Below the pieces are notes generated by a model. The model saw only the letters and a list, made by a program, of their open reading frames with translations. It ran no database searches and had not been told where the DNA came from. The position numbers and the translations under genes were made by a program. This document shows positions 12,023-21,929 of a DNA stretch of 51,843 bases, piece after piece. Positions within the stretch are counted from its first letter, which is position 1; each line of letters begins with the position of its first letter. This stretch comes from an uncultured Prevotella sp. (lineage in GTDB: Bacteria > Bacteroidota > Bacteroidia > Bacteroidales > Bacteroidaceae), in contig CAAFRM010000366.1 in assembly GCA_900765465.1 (NCBI GenBank), forward strand, positions 1 through 51,843, given 5' to 3'.

Positions 12023-13672
12023 TTATTTCAGTTTCTTGAGATAACCCTCAGCACGGGTATCTCCCAATTCCTTTGCTTTTTCCAGGTTCTTGCGAGCCTC
12101 TTCCTTCTGCTTGTTCTCCATCTGGAGCAAACCGAGGAGGAGATAGCCATCGGCATATTCTGGAGCAATCTCTATGCAATGCTTGGCTGCACTGATGCCT
12201 TCTGCATATCGCTTCACACGTAAGTCAAGACTAGCCCATTCTGCAAAATAGGTAGGCTCGTTTGGAGCGAGGTAGCAGGTACGGGCAATATCAATCAGCG
12301 CTGGCTGCCACATGCGCAACTTGGTCTCAGCCTTGTATCTGGCATAGAAAAATGCAGGATTAACAGGACGGACAATCGAATCATACATATTGTAGTCGGC
12401 TATCGCACTGCGAAACTCTCCCTGTTCTGCCTGGAATTCACCACGAGCCAGATAGTAAGGACCAGCCATGGTGCCCGAATTCTTAGCCTCATTGACTGCA
12501 CTGTCCAGCAAGACCTTGATCTCTGTAGCTGGAGCCTTGAGCTGAATCTTAGCCTGAGCTGCCTCCAGGAAGATTTCCGGATTCTTGACTGAAGTCTTGG
12601 TCAGGGCGATGAACATATCGTATGCCTTCTGATAATTACCCTTGGTAAAGATGATGCGTGCTTCCTGATGCTGATATACAGGATTGGCATTGATGGCGTA
12701 TGCCTTCTGTGCCTCTTCTATCGCCTTGTCGTAAGTCCAGGCTGTATAGGCAGAATCACCCTTATAGATCAGTTTCTGATAGATGACATCAGAATAATTG
12801 GAGTGGGCTTCATCCTTGGCTGAAGATTTTTTGATTCCATCTTCCATACATTTGGCAGCCTCGGCAAACTCGTTCTTATCTACAAGAAGAGTTGCTTTTT
12901 CCTTATAGCCGAATGCTGAAGCAGGGAACTTTGTCATAAACTCATCTGCATACTTGTCATAGATGTCGCGGGACACTTGAGACTTATTGAGCGTCATCAT
13001 CGTAATCGCCTCCTGTTCGGTATCAGGAAGAGCGGTACGGATGCCTGTTTCGCGAAGGGCTGCATCCAGTGTGGAAAGACCTGTCACCTTCAACTCCTTG
13101 GCATAATTGGCATCAATGGCAGTTACCTGACCGTTGCTATGCATGATACCAATCACCTGACCGTTTTTGTTGACGAATGGGCAACCCACTGCATTGTCGG
13201 GTACGGTGTTGGAGAAGATGTAGTAATTGTAAGTTTCCTTAAACTTCTCAACGCTTGCGATATCCTCCTGCTGGAAAGGTGACTTCTTGATAGAATAAGG
13301 AACGAGCCAAACCTTGCTGCCCGCAGGTGATTCTGCCGTAGCAATGTTGGCAGCCGTGGTATTACCCAGTACCCTGAACTTAGCCACATCGTAAAGTTCA
13401 TCGGCACCGAGGATAGCATCCACGTCCATCGACTTTCCGCTGGCATCCACGATGGTAGCCTTCACAGCACCGATAAACGGTTTGAAGGTACCGATAGCCG
13501 TTCCCTTGTTATCAATAAACACACCTTGTGTAGAAGAGATGATGTTACCATCCTTGTTGAAGGTGGTGAGTGTAAATACGCTCTTGGCGGCTTTCTGTAC
13601 AGAGCCTGGCTGAGCGAAGAGGGATGATGCACCCAGCATCAGTCCCATCAGTATCATATTTATTCTTTTCAT
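12023..13672 (-). CDS. Trypsin-like (degenerate) domain plus TPR-repeat protein
   Basis: Signal peptide; N-terminal HtrA/trypsin-like segments (GVFIDNKG, YDVAKFRV, GCPFVNKNGQVIGI); C-terminal TPRs; ATGA overlap with recN. Confidence 0.75.
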   Translation of the reverse strand: MKRINMILMGLMLGASSLFAQPGSVQKAAKSVFTLTTFNKDGNIISSTQGVFIDNKGTAIGTFKPFIGAVKATIVDASGKSMDVDAILGADELYDVAKFRVLGNTTAANIATAESPAGSKVWLVPYSIKKSPFQQEDIASVEKFKETYNYYIFSNTVPDNAVGCPFVNKNGQVIGIMHSNGQVTAIDANYAKELKVTGLSTLDAALRETGIRTALPDTEQEAITMMTLNKSQVSRDIYDKYADEFMTKFPASAFGYKEKATLLVDKNEFAEAAKCMEDGIKKSSAKDEAHSNYSDVIYQKLIYKGDSAYTAWTYDKAIEEAQKAYAINANPVYQHQEARIIFTKGNYQKAYDMFIALTKTSVKNPEIFLEAAQAKIQLKAPATEIKVLLDSAVNEAKNSGTMAGPYYLARGEFQAEQGEFRSAIADYNMYDSIVRPVNPAFFYARYKAETKLRMWQPALIDIARTCYLAPNEPTYFAEWASLDLRVKRYAEGISAAKHCIEIAPEYADGYLLLGLLQMENKQKEEARKNLEKAKELGDTRAEGYLKKLK

Positions 13673-15327
13673 ATTCTCAATAATTCTTTGGCATTGGCAA
13701 GAGCTGCCTGCGTGATGTCACTGCCACTGAGCATCTGGGCAATTTCCTCAATGCGCTCCTGGTTGTTGAGTTCTTTCATGTGCGAGATGGTTCCATTCTC
13801 GGTTTCCTCCTTCAATACCTTGTAATGATGGCTACCCTTGGCTGCTATCTGTGGCAGGTGAGTGATAGAGAGTACCTGTCGGTTCTGGAGTCCCATCTCT
13901 TCCATGATATCTGCCATCTTTTCAGCTATCTTGCCGCTTACTCCGGTATCAATCTCATCAAAGATGATGGTTGGCAACTTCACGGCTCCACTGATCATTG
14001 CCTTCAGCGAGAGCATCACACGGGCAATCTCACCACCCGAAGCTACCTGACTGACAGGCTGTAGCTGGGTACTCTTGTTGGCACTGAAGAGGAAGCTGAC
14101 CTTATCGGCACCATTTCCAGACAGTGGTTTGTCTGCGAAGGCAATCTCGAATCTCACATTCGGAATGCCCAGCGGGATGAGTCTGCCCTTCATCTCTTTT
14201 TCGATCGCCTTTGCTGATTTCTGACGGATGGAAGTGAGTAGGGTAGCTTGCTTTTCAGCCTTGGCAAGGAGAGCAGCAACTTCTTTTTCCTTCTCTTCGA
14301 TGTCTTCATCGCCATTATCGATATGTGCAAGCTGTTCTGCGATGCGGTCACGGGTAGCGATGAGTTCAGTTACCGTTTCCACATGGAACTTCTGCTGCAG
14401 GGTGTAGAGTTTGTCCAGACGGGTATTGATGGCATCCAATCGGTTAGGATCGAATTCCACGTGATCTACACTACTGCTGATTTCCTGTGCGATGTCCTTC
14501 AGTTCGATATAGCTGCTCTGCATTCTGCCAGCCACATCCGTCATGCTTGGATAGACATCACAGATATTTTCCAGTTGATGAGTGGCGTTCTTCAGTTTGT
14601 CAAGTATGCTGTCGTCTTCTCCCGAAAGCGCATTGTCTGCTTCGAAGAGAGCGGTCTTGATATCCTCCGAATGGCTCAGGGTCTCTGCTTCCTGTTCCAG
14701 CTGTTCCAATTCGCCTTCCTGCAGATTTGCATCATCCAGCTCTTTATGCTGGAAGCGCATAAACTCCTCGTTCTCACGGTTCTTGGCAATTTCGGCTTTC
14801 AGCTCTTCCAGAAGTTCCTTGGCTTTGCGATAGGCATAATACTCCTTTTGGTAAACCTTGAGCTGTTCGGTATCCTGAGCGATGATATCCACCACATTCA
14901 ACTGGAAGTCTTCTTTCTGCAGAAGAAGATTCTGATGCTGCGAATGGATATCCACGAGTTGCTCTCCCAATTCTCTCATACGGGTGAGAGGCACCGGGGT
15001 ATCATTGATGAAGGCACGGCTCTTGCCGGCTGCAGTCAACTCTCTTCGGATGATCGTATCATCGGCATCATAGTCGATGTCGTTATCATCGAAGAATTTC
15101 TGCATACCATATCTGGAGAGATCGAAGTGAGCCTCTATCACGCAACGGTCTCTTCCAGCCTTGATCGCCTTGCTGTCGGCACGGTTACCCAGAAGCAGTC
15201 CGATGGCACCGAGGATGATACTCTTTCCTGCTCCTGTCTCACCCGTGATGACGGAGAAGCCAGGATAGAGAGAGATGTTCAGCTCGTCGATGAGCGTGAA
15301 GTTCTTGATATATAATTGCTTGAGCAT
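13669..15327 (-). CDS. recN: DNA repair protein RecN
   Basis: ITGETGAGKS Walker A, IHSQH Q-loop, ASGGEIARVML, IFDEIDTGVSG and ITHLPQIAA. Confidence 0.97.
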   Translation of the reverse strand: MLKQLYIKNFTLIDELNISLYPGFSVITGETGAGKSIILGAIGLLLGNRADSKAIKAGRDRCVIEAHFDLSRYGMQKFFDDNDIDYDADDTIIRRELTAAGKSRAFINDTPVPLTRMRELGEQLVDIHSQHQNLLLQKEDFQLNVVDIIAQDTEQLKVYQKEYYAYRKAKELLEELKAEIAKNRENEEFMRFQHKELDDANLQEGELEQLEQEAETLSHSEDIKTALFEADNALSGEDDSILDKLKNATHQLENICDVYPSMTDVAGRMQSSYIELKDIAQEISSSVDHVEFDPNRLDAINTRLDKLYTLQQKFHVETVTELIATRDRIAEQLAHIDNGDEDIEEKEKEVAALLAKAEKQATLLTSIRQKSAKAIEKEMKGRLIPLGIPNVRFEIAFADKPLSGNGADKVSFLFSANKSTQLQPVSQVASGGEIARVMLSLKAMISGAVKLPTIIFDEIDTGVSGKIAEKMADIMEEMGLQNRQVLSITHLPQIAAKGSHHYKVLKEETENGTISHMKELNNQERIEEIAQMLSGSDITQAALANAKELLRI

Positions 15328-15458
15328 ATTTTATTCTACTTTTTGATAAAGATATGAAGGGAAAGCTGATTCTGATTTTCAGAAGCTTCCGTTCTGGAAG
15401 ATGATCTCATGAAGATTCCAACCTGAAAAATCTATCCAGACAGATGATTCCTGAAAGA

Positions 15459-16385
15459 TTATTCCTTGACCAGATCCCAATATTTATTCTGTGAAGGATT
15501 GATGGAGAAGAGGAGTTCATAGATGCTCTCCTTTTCCTTTTGGGTTCCCTTGCCGCGATAGATGTTGGCAAGTTCATCCTTCTTGAAGTCGGTCCATATC
15601 TGTGGCAACAAACTGAGAGGGTGGTTTTCCTTCGCCTTCTTCAGTCCAGTTTCCAGGGCTGCGGTTATCTCGGTACGACCTCTTTCCGCATTATTCGCCA
15701 TCTCGTCGAGTCCTTTCCGATAGTAGTCATACTGCAACTGTCTGAAGGGTTCCAACGCTCCATCCAGATAGTCTGAGATGATGGCATATCGGTTGCGGTC
15801 ATCAGCGAAAGCCTTCCATCCGGGATAATCCAGATTCTGGGCATTGTTTGTCAGATTCATGCAGCGCTGCAGGATGTCTTCACCACCTTTGGGTGCAAAA
15901 CTATCCAGATCGATGCCGATGATAAGATATGCATAATAGGCAAAGAGAGCAGTAAGCTGATTGTCTATCTGCTGCTCATTGAACTCCAACTGGTCGTATT
16001 CGGCAAAACGAAACGTGAAGTTATCGTCCACATTATTATATAAGGTGGAGGTGTATGCCGAATTGAAGACGGGGCGATTGGCCTGTATCAGCGCCTTGCA
16101 GGTAAAGAGATTCTGGTCTCTGTCATACTTGGTGACGGTGATATTGAAGTTGCAGATGATGCGTTCGTTCTTCTGAAACTGAAGATGAGTCCATTGGCGA
16201 TTGTTGACGAACTGCTGCAAGGTCTGTTGCAGATTGTCGAATACGCCTTTCTCCGTGCCCGAGATCTGGGCATGGTTGATGGTAATCTTAGCCTGCAGCT
16301 CCTGTGCTGAAATCGTAGAAGGACTGCAGCACAGGAGGCCACCAGCTAAAGATACCGGACTAAAACAGGAGAGCCAGCTCGTCAA
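15459..16385 (-). CDS. porD: DUF4835 family / type IX secretion protein PorD
   Basis: AQELQAKITIN, QANRPVFNS, AYYAYLIIGIDLDSF and YDYYRKGLD; typical position between coaBC and recN. Start uncertain (TTG 16385 chosen; ORF extends to 16424). Confidence 0.75.
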   Translation of the reverse strand: MTSWLSCFSPVSLAGGLLCCSPSTISAQELQAKITINHAQISGTEKGVFDNLQQTLQQFVNNRQWTHLQFQKNERIICNFNITVTKYDRDQNLFTCKALIQANRPVFNSAYTSTLYNNVDDNFTFRFAEYDQLEFNEQQIDNQLTALFAYYAYLIIGIDLDSFAPKGGEDILQRCMNLTNNAQNLDYPGWKAFADDRNRYAIISDYLDGALEPFRQLQYDYYRKGLDEMANNAERGRTEITAALETGLKKAKENHPLSLLPQIWTDFKKDELANIYRGKGTQKEKESIYELLFSINPSQNKYWDLVKE

Positions 16386-17604
16386 TGATGTCGTGAGCCA
16401 CCTCAGTCTTCGGTTTCTTTTCATATTCTTTCTTTCCCTTTTCAGAGATGATGGTAATCTGATTGTCGTCAGTGCGGAAAGTAGTGCCCGGATTACGGGT
16501 AGAGTTGAGCACGATGAAGTCAGCGTTTTTCTTCACTCTCTTCTTCTGTGCATTACTCTCTTCATCGTTGGTTTCCAGGGCGAAAGCTACGATTCGCTGA
16601 TTCTTTTGTTTCATCTGTCCCAAAGCTGCTGCGATGTCATGGGTAGGCACCAGTGTCAACTCCAGGTCATCCTTTTCGCGCTTGATTTTCTTATCAGCTA
16701 CATTGGCAGGACGGAAGTCTGCTACGGCTGCACAGAGAATGGCTGCATCAGATGAAGCAAAGGCTGCTGTGGCTGCCTGATACATCTCCTCACAGCTCTC
16801 CACATTGATGCGGTGGATAGCAGGACTACAGTCTAATGAAACAGGACCTGCCACCAAAGTAACATCCGCACCACGGCGGAGACATTCTTCGGCAAGTGCG
16901 AATCCCATCTTTCCTGAAGAATAATTGCCGATGAAACGCACTGGGTCAATCTTCTCATAGGTTGGTCCAGCTGTAATCATCACCTTCTTACCGCAGAGGT
17001 CTTTCTCTGCAGTCTTCTGGTCCTCTGATTCTACATCAGCAACCTCCTCGGCACTCTCCATCATGTTGAAGTATCTATCCAGGTAATTCACGATGACATC
17101 CGGTTCCTCCATGCGTCCCTTTCCCTCTAATCCAGAAGCAAGGAATCCCACTTCCGGTTCGATGATATGGTTACCATAGCCGAGAAGGGTTTTCATGTTA
17201 GCCTGGGTAGAAGGATGCTTGTACATATCAAGATCCATGGCAGGAGCGATGAAGACTGGTGCCTTCATAGAGAGATAGGTGGTGATGAGCATGTTGTCTG
17301 CAATGCCATGCGCCATCTTGCCCATAGTAGATGCCGTACATGGTGCAATGACCATCGCATCCGCCCAGAGACCGAGATCCACGTGCGAATTCCAGGTACC
17401 ATCACGCTGTGAGAAGAACTCGCTTACCACAGGCTTGTGGGTCAGCGCCGAGAGGGTGATAGGGGTAATGAACTCCTTACCGGCAGGCGTAATGACCACC
17501 TGTACCTCAGCTCCCTTCTTGATGAGACCACGGATGATAAGGCATGACTTGTAGGCTGCAATGGAACCCGTAATGCCCAATACGATTTTCTTTCCTTTTA
17601 ACAT
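16360..17604 (-). CDS. coaBC: Phosphopantothenoylcysteine decarboxylase/ligase
   Basis: GITGSIAAYK, APAMD...M, GKGRMEEP, TAGPTYEKIDPVRFIGNYSSGKMG and AAVADFRP. Confidence 0.97.
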   Translation of the reverse strand: MLKGKKIVLGITGSIAAYKSCLIIRGLIKKGAEVQVVITPAGKEFITPITLSALTHKPVVSEFFSQRDGTWNSHVDLGLWADAMVIAPCTASTMGKMAHGIADNMLITTYLSMKAPVFIAPAMDLDMYKHPSTQANMKTLLGYGNHIIEPEVGFLASGLEGKGRMEEPDVIVNYLDRYFNMMESAEEVADVESEDQKTAEKDLCGKKVMITAGPTYEKIDPVRFIGNYSSGKMGFALAEECLRRGADVTLVAGPVSLDCSPAIHRINVESCEEMYQAATAAFASSDAAILCAAVADFRPANVADKKIKREKDDLELTLVPTHDIAAALGQMKQKNQRIVAFALETNDEESNAQKKRVKKNADFIVLNSTRNPGTTFRTDDNQITIISEKGKKEYEKKPKTEVAHDIIDELALLF

Positions 17605-17605
17605 A

Positions 17606-18469
17606 TTATTTTCCCATTCTCTTGTTGAACTCGCGCAGACGGATACGGGTGAGTACCTGCTTGGTATTGTTGGTGAAATCGCTTCCCAATACCCAGGTGA
17701 AGTAACCAGGATCCTTGGTCAGGATCTCTGCCACATCCCATCCTTTGTACTTGCCGAAGTTGAATACCTCGTGCTTGCGAGGATTGCCCTTTTCGTCGAG
17801 TATCACATTGCCGTCGGCGTCCTTCAACTCCTGCCAAACGATGCGGCCGGCAAAATCTACATTGTCGTTGCGCTTGGAGAACTCAGCAAGCTCGTCCATG
17901 TCATTATTGAGTACACGGTCGGCTTCCTCCTGAACACCAGGGGCATAACGGTCCAGCTCGCCTTTCAGCACGCAATAGGTAGCCTCGGTATCCTGGTCGG
18001 CACGGTGTGCCTCGAAGTCTTCCTCCATCTTTCTGCCGCAATAGAACTTGTAGGCAGCAGCCAGGTTACGACGCTCCATCTTCATAAAGATGTTCTGGGC
18101 ATCAATGAGGCGACACTTAGAGAAATCGAAATCGATGCCTGCACGCAGGAATTCCTCTGCAAGCATAGGTACATCGAAATGATTGGAGTTATAGCCAGCA
18201 AAATCACAACCGGAGAACTCCTGGTTGAAGGTAGCCGCCAACTGCTTGAAGGTTGGTGCATCCTTTACATCATCATTGCTGATACCTGTAAGAGCAACCA
18301 CCTCTTCAGGGATTGGCTTCCCTGGATTGATAAACTGGTTTTTACGTACCTCTGTTCCATCTGGATACACCTTGATATAGGAGATCTGGATGATTCTGTC
18401 TTTCACCATGTCAAGACCAGTAGTCTCTAGGTCGAACACGATCAGAGGCTTAGTAAGATTTAATTTCAT
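17606..18469 (-). CDS. DEDDh 3'-5' exonuclease (DNA Pol III epsilon-like)
   Basis: FDLETTG, GYNSNHFD, AHRADQD and C-terminal FNFGKYKG; directly downstream of dnaN. Confidence 0.88.
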   Translation of the reverse strand: MKLNLTKPLIVFDLETTGLDMVKDRIIQISYIKVYPDGTEVRKNQFINPGKPIPEEVVALTGISNDDVKDAPTFKQLAATFNQEFSGCDFAGYNSNHFDVPMLAEEFLRAGIDFDFSKCRLIDAQNIFMKMERRNLAAAYKFYCGRKMEEDFEAHRADQDTEATYCVLKGELDRYAPGVQEEADRVLNNDMDELAEFSKRNDNVDFAGRIVWQELKDADGNVILDEKGNPRKHEVFNFGKYKGWDVAEILTKDPGYFTWVLGSDFTNNTKQVLTRIRLREFNKRMGK

Positions 18470-18533
18470 TACTTCTAGTATTTATTACTATATATTACTG
18501 ATAGGGAAGGGGTGTTTAGATGAACCAAGCTCC

Positions 18534-19655
18534 TTATTCGTTAAGGAGCATTGGCATGATGAGCATGAGGATGTCCTCGTCTTCTGGCTGCTCAGCTGGT
18601 ACAATGATACCAGCACGGCTAGGATCAGCCAAGTGGAAGACAACCTGATCGCTGTTCAGATTACCCAGGATTTCCATCAAGCTGCTACCCTTGAAACCGA
18701 TGCTGATGCTGGAACCGCTATATTCGCAAGCCAATACTTCCTTGGCAGAAGTAGAGAAGTCGATGTCTTCTGAAGAAACCTCGAAACGGCCGCTCTCGAT
18801 ATGGAAACGGATCAGCTGGCTGCTCTCGCTGGCAAATGGCAAAACACGGCGCAATGCACTCTGCAAGCCCTTGCGATCTACGGTTATCTCACATGGGTTG
18901 TTGGCAGGAATCACTGAGTTGTAATTAGGATAGCGACCATCAATGAGGCGGCATTTCAATACGCCATCGCTAAACTGAATCTCAGCTCTGCGTGCATCAA
19001 ACTTGATGGTTGCCTCATCATCCTTACTCAGAATGTTCTTCAGCAATGATGCTGGCTTCTTTGGCAGGTTGAATGAAGAAGGAGTCTCACTCTTGACAGT
19101 GAAGTTCTTGCTTCTTACCAACTTATGGCCATCACTTGCAACGATGGCAAGCGATTCGGGAGTAAGGTCGAAATAGATACCATTCATTACTGGGCGCAGC
19201 TCATCGCTGGCTGTTGCAAAGAGAGAACGGTTGATATTGTCGATCAGCACCTGTGCTGGCAAGACGAGGGTAGTGCAGGCATCACCCATATCCTGTGTTG
19301 GAGGATAGTCTTCAGCATTCAAGCCTGTGAAATTATAGAGACCATTCTGATATACAATCTTAATGGCATAACTATCTGTATCTACATCGAAGCTGAGAGG
19401 CTGCTCAGGCAACTCCTTCAATGCATCCAGGATGACGCGGTTGGCAACGCAGAACTCGCCTTCGCCATCGCAGTCAGTGAGAGCGATGGAACTCTTGATG
19501 ATGTTGTCACTGTCGCTAGCGGTGATGGTCATCTCGCCGTTGGCAACTTGAAACAGGAAATTGTCAAGGATAGGCAGAGAATTCTTGCTGCCAATCACCT
19601 TAGCAAGCATATTGAGCTTGCTGTTCAATGCTGAACTTGAAACTGTAAATCTCAT
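18534..19655 (-). CDS. dnaN: DNA polymerase III beta sliding clamp
   Basis: LPILDNFL, DELRPVMNGI, ASDGHKL, RLIDGRYPNY and LIMPM C-terminus. Confidence 0.97.
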   Translation of the reverse strand: MRFTVSSSALNSKLNMLAKVIGSKNSLPILDNFLFQVANGEMTITASDSDNIIKSSIALTDCDGEGEFCVANRVILDALKELPEQPLSFDVDTDSYAIKIVYQNGLYNFTGLNAEDYPPTQDMGDACTTLVLPAQVLIDNINRSLFATASDELRPVMNGIYFDLTPESLAIVASDGHKLVRSKNFTVKSETPSSFNLPKKPASLLKNILSKDDEATIKFDARRAEIQFSDGVLKCRLIDGRYPNYNSVIPANNPCEITVDRKGLQSALRRVLPFASESSQLIRFHIESGRFEVSSEDIDFSTSAKEVLACEYSGSSISIGFKGSSLMEILGNLNSDQVVFHLADPSRAGIIVPAEQPEDEDILMLIMPMLLNE

Positions 19656-19962
19656 GAGTCGTTATTTTATATTATTAATTTTCTATATTACTTATCTCAT
19701 TTTCATTGCTGATGCTCCTTACTTGATGGGTAAATTGGAGCATTTGCGCAATTATGAGCACAAAAATACAAAAAATATTGGGGATAGACAAAAATAATCG
19801 AAGAAATGTTTTTGTTTTAAAACTATTTTTAGTAATTTCGCAGTCAGAAAGAAAAATAGTAGATAGATTCACTCGTTTTTGAGCCTCTTCATACATCTTT
19901 TGATTCTCGATGAAAATGGGGCTCGGCAGGCGAAGGATTGAAACAATTTTTAAAATAATAAT

Positions 19963-20406
19963 ATGGAATTACAAGGAAAGGTAATTGCCGTTTTACCTGA
20001 AAGAAGCGGCGTTTCTGCAAGAGGTGAGTGGAAGGCTCAGTCGTTCGTTATCGAAACTCACGAGCAGTATCCAAAGAAGCTTTGCTTCGATGTTTTCGGA
20101 GCAGATCGTCTTGCTCAGTTCAACATCCAGAGTGGTGAGGAACTTTTGGTTTCTTTTGATTTGGATGCACACGAATATAATGGTCGTTGGTTCAACAGTG
20201 TCCGCGCTTGGAATGTGCAGCGTGTAGATCCTAATGCTGTTGCTGCTATGCAGGGTGGCATGCAGCCTGTTGGTTCTCCATTCCCTCCAGTAAGTGCGGC
20301 TCCTCAGGCAGCTCCTGCTCCAGCTCAGGGTGCAACTGCTCCATTCCCTCCAGCTCAGCCAGCAGCTCCAGCAGCAGGTGGCAGCGCAGATGATCTCCCA
20401 TTCTAA
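19963..20406 (+). CDS. DUF3127 family protein (OB-fold, SSB-like tail)
   Basis: MELQGKVI...EQYPKK...EYNGRWFNSVRAW, P/A/Q-rich linker, ends DDLPF. Confidence 0.85.
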   Translation: MELQGKVIAVLPERSGVSARGEWKAQSFVIETHEQYPKKLCFDVFGADRLAQFNIQSGEELLVSFDLDAHEYNGRWFNSVRAWNVQRVDPNAVAAMQGGMQPVGSPFPPVSAAPQAAPAPAQGATAPFPPAQPAAPAAGGSADDLPF

Positions 20407-20431
20407 GAGAGAAAGCATGTAAGAAAATTGC

Positions 20432-20482
20432 AAAGAGCATTCGAAAGGGCTTGTTTCCACAATCCTTACGAATGCTCTTTTT
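20432..20482 (+). terminator. Terminator hairpin after DUF3127
   Basis: AAAGAGCATTCG...CGAATGCTCTTT 12-bp stem plus T-run. Confidence 0.7.
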
Positions 20483-20527
20483 CTTTAATTGGACTTCTAT
20501 ACTGGTTTAAAACCAGCAGAAAACTAC

Positions 20528-20622
20528 CCTTAAGGAAAAAAAGATTTATCCTTAAGGAAAAATATAATTTCCCTTAAGGGAAAATATTTCTAGCCTTAAG
20601 GGTAAAAGTTTAGCCCTTGATG
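20528..20622. repeat. 22-bp-period array of palindromic CCTTAAGG
   Basis: CCTTAAGG at 20528, 20550, 20572 and 20594; degenerate CCTTGATG at 20615. Confidence 0.85.
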
Positions 20623-20670
20623 GAAGCTAAACTTTTACCTGGAAAAAACTTATACTTTTTTATCCCTTTG

Positions 20671-21849
20671 CTAATCGTTTCGTCTTCTTGTTTCAAAGAA
20701 TGTCCGGGAGGCAGCAAAGAACAATACCACTGCGGCAGCATTTTCGACCGCTACCATCCAGAAGGCACCACTATAACCGAAATGCTCAGCTACAACACCA
20801 CCCAGAAGACAACCGATTCCGAATCCCAGGTCCCAACCGGTCAGGATACTGCTGTTAGCCGTTCCACGCTGGTCGTGGCGGGCTACATTGATAAACATAT
20901 TCAGGAAGGCTGGATATAGGTGACCATTTCCCAATCCTATCAATGCAGCTGAAAGATAGTAGGCTATCGGATGCTTGATGGCTACGAATATTGTAAAACC
21001 AACGAGCGATATCAGCATTCCTTCGGCAGCATTCTGGGTCAGCTTACCCTGACTCAAAGCCTTTCTGCCTTGCAATCTGCTCATGAACAATCCCATAGAG
21101 AGGATTGCAAAATAGGTACCCGTTCCTCCGGTAATGCCTAATTCCTCCTTACTGTAAATGGCGAGATAGTTGCTCAATACACCCCAGCAGAAACCAAACA
21201 TGCAGATGTTGATGGCCAACAGCCAGGCGCGGGTCAGGAAGAAGCGGTCGAGCGAGAGCTTCTCCTTGTTTTTGATGATTTCCTTCTCTGGGAGTTTCAC
21301 CGTTCCAGCTATCACTACAGAAGCAATGGCTACCACAAAGGCTATCCAGAAAAGTACCATATAGCTACCCACCAGATTGTGTAGATAGATACCTATGGAA
21401 GGGGCTATCGCCATGGCGAAGTTGTTGCTCAATCCATATAGACCGATACCCTCATTGCGTCTGCTGGCAGGCAAGACATCGATGGCACAGGTACTGTTGG
21501 CTACAGTTACAGCTCCGAAGGGTCCACCATGCAGGGTTCGGCAGATGGCAAACATCAGGATGGTACTGGCTGCTATGTATCCTGCAAAGAAGATGGCAAA
21601 AGCCGTCAGGCAGACCATCAGCACTTTCTTACGGGAAAATCCATCCACCACATATCCGCTAAACGGACGGATGATGAGTGCCGCCACCGTATATCCGCTC
21701 AGAACAATGCCTATCACATCCTTCGTAGCCCCGAAAGTTTCACTCAGATAGAGTGGGAGGAGTGGGGTGAGGAGATAGAAGGCAAAGTAGAGCAGAAAGT
21801 TGGTGGTCATCACCTTGATGTAATTCGCATTCCAAAGTTTTTCTTTCAT
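20671..21849 (-). CDS. MFS transporter
   Basis: About 12 hydrophobic segments; GYVVDGFSRKK motif A and RRNEGIG; start could extend to TTG 21873. Confidence 0.9.
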   Translation of the reverse strand: MKEKLWNANYIKVMTTNFLLYFAFYLLTPLLPLYLSETFGATKDVIGIVLSGYTVAALIIRPFSGYVVDGFSRKKVLMVCLTAFAIFFAGYIAASTILMFAICRTLHGGPFGAVTVANSTCAIDVLPASRRNEGIGLYGLSNNFAMAIAPSIGIYLHNLVGSYMVLFWIAFVVAIASVVIAGTVKLPEKEIIKNKEKLSLDRFFLTRAWLLAINICMFGFCWGVLSNYLAIYSKEELGITGGTGTYFAILSMGLFMSRLQGRKALSQGKLTQNAAEGMLISLVGFTIFVAIKHPIAYYLSAALIGLGNGHLYPAFLNMFINVARHDQRGTANSSILTGWDLGFGIGCLLGGVVAEHFGYSGAFWMVAVENAAAVVLFFAASRTFFETRRRND

Positions 21850-21929
21850 CTCTTCTGTATTTCTTAATTTCAAGATTCTACCCTATACTTATCATTAGTC
21901 CAGGGCGAGTATAGTCTGCTTGCGAAAGT

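Noticed and set aside
14248..15315. Long antisense ORFs (also 6537-7511, 17561-18430, 44808-45557)
   Set aside because: Opposite-strand shadows of well-supported genes, with no recognisable motifs
19656..19962. oriC next to dnaN
   Set aside because: No dnaA gene and no cluster of TTATCCACA-like boxes; reads as a divergent promoter region
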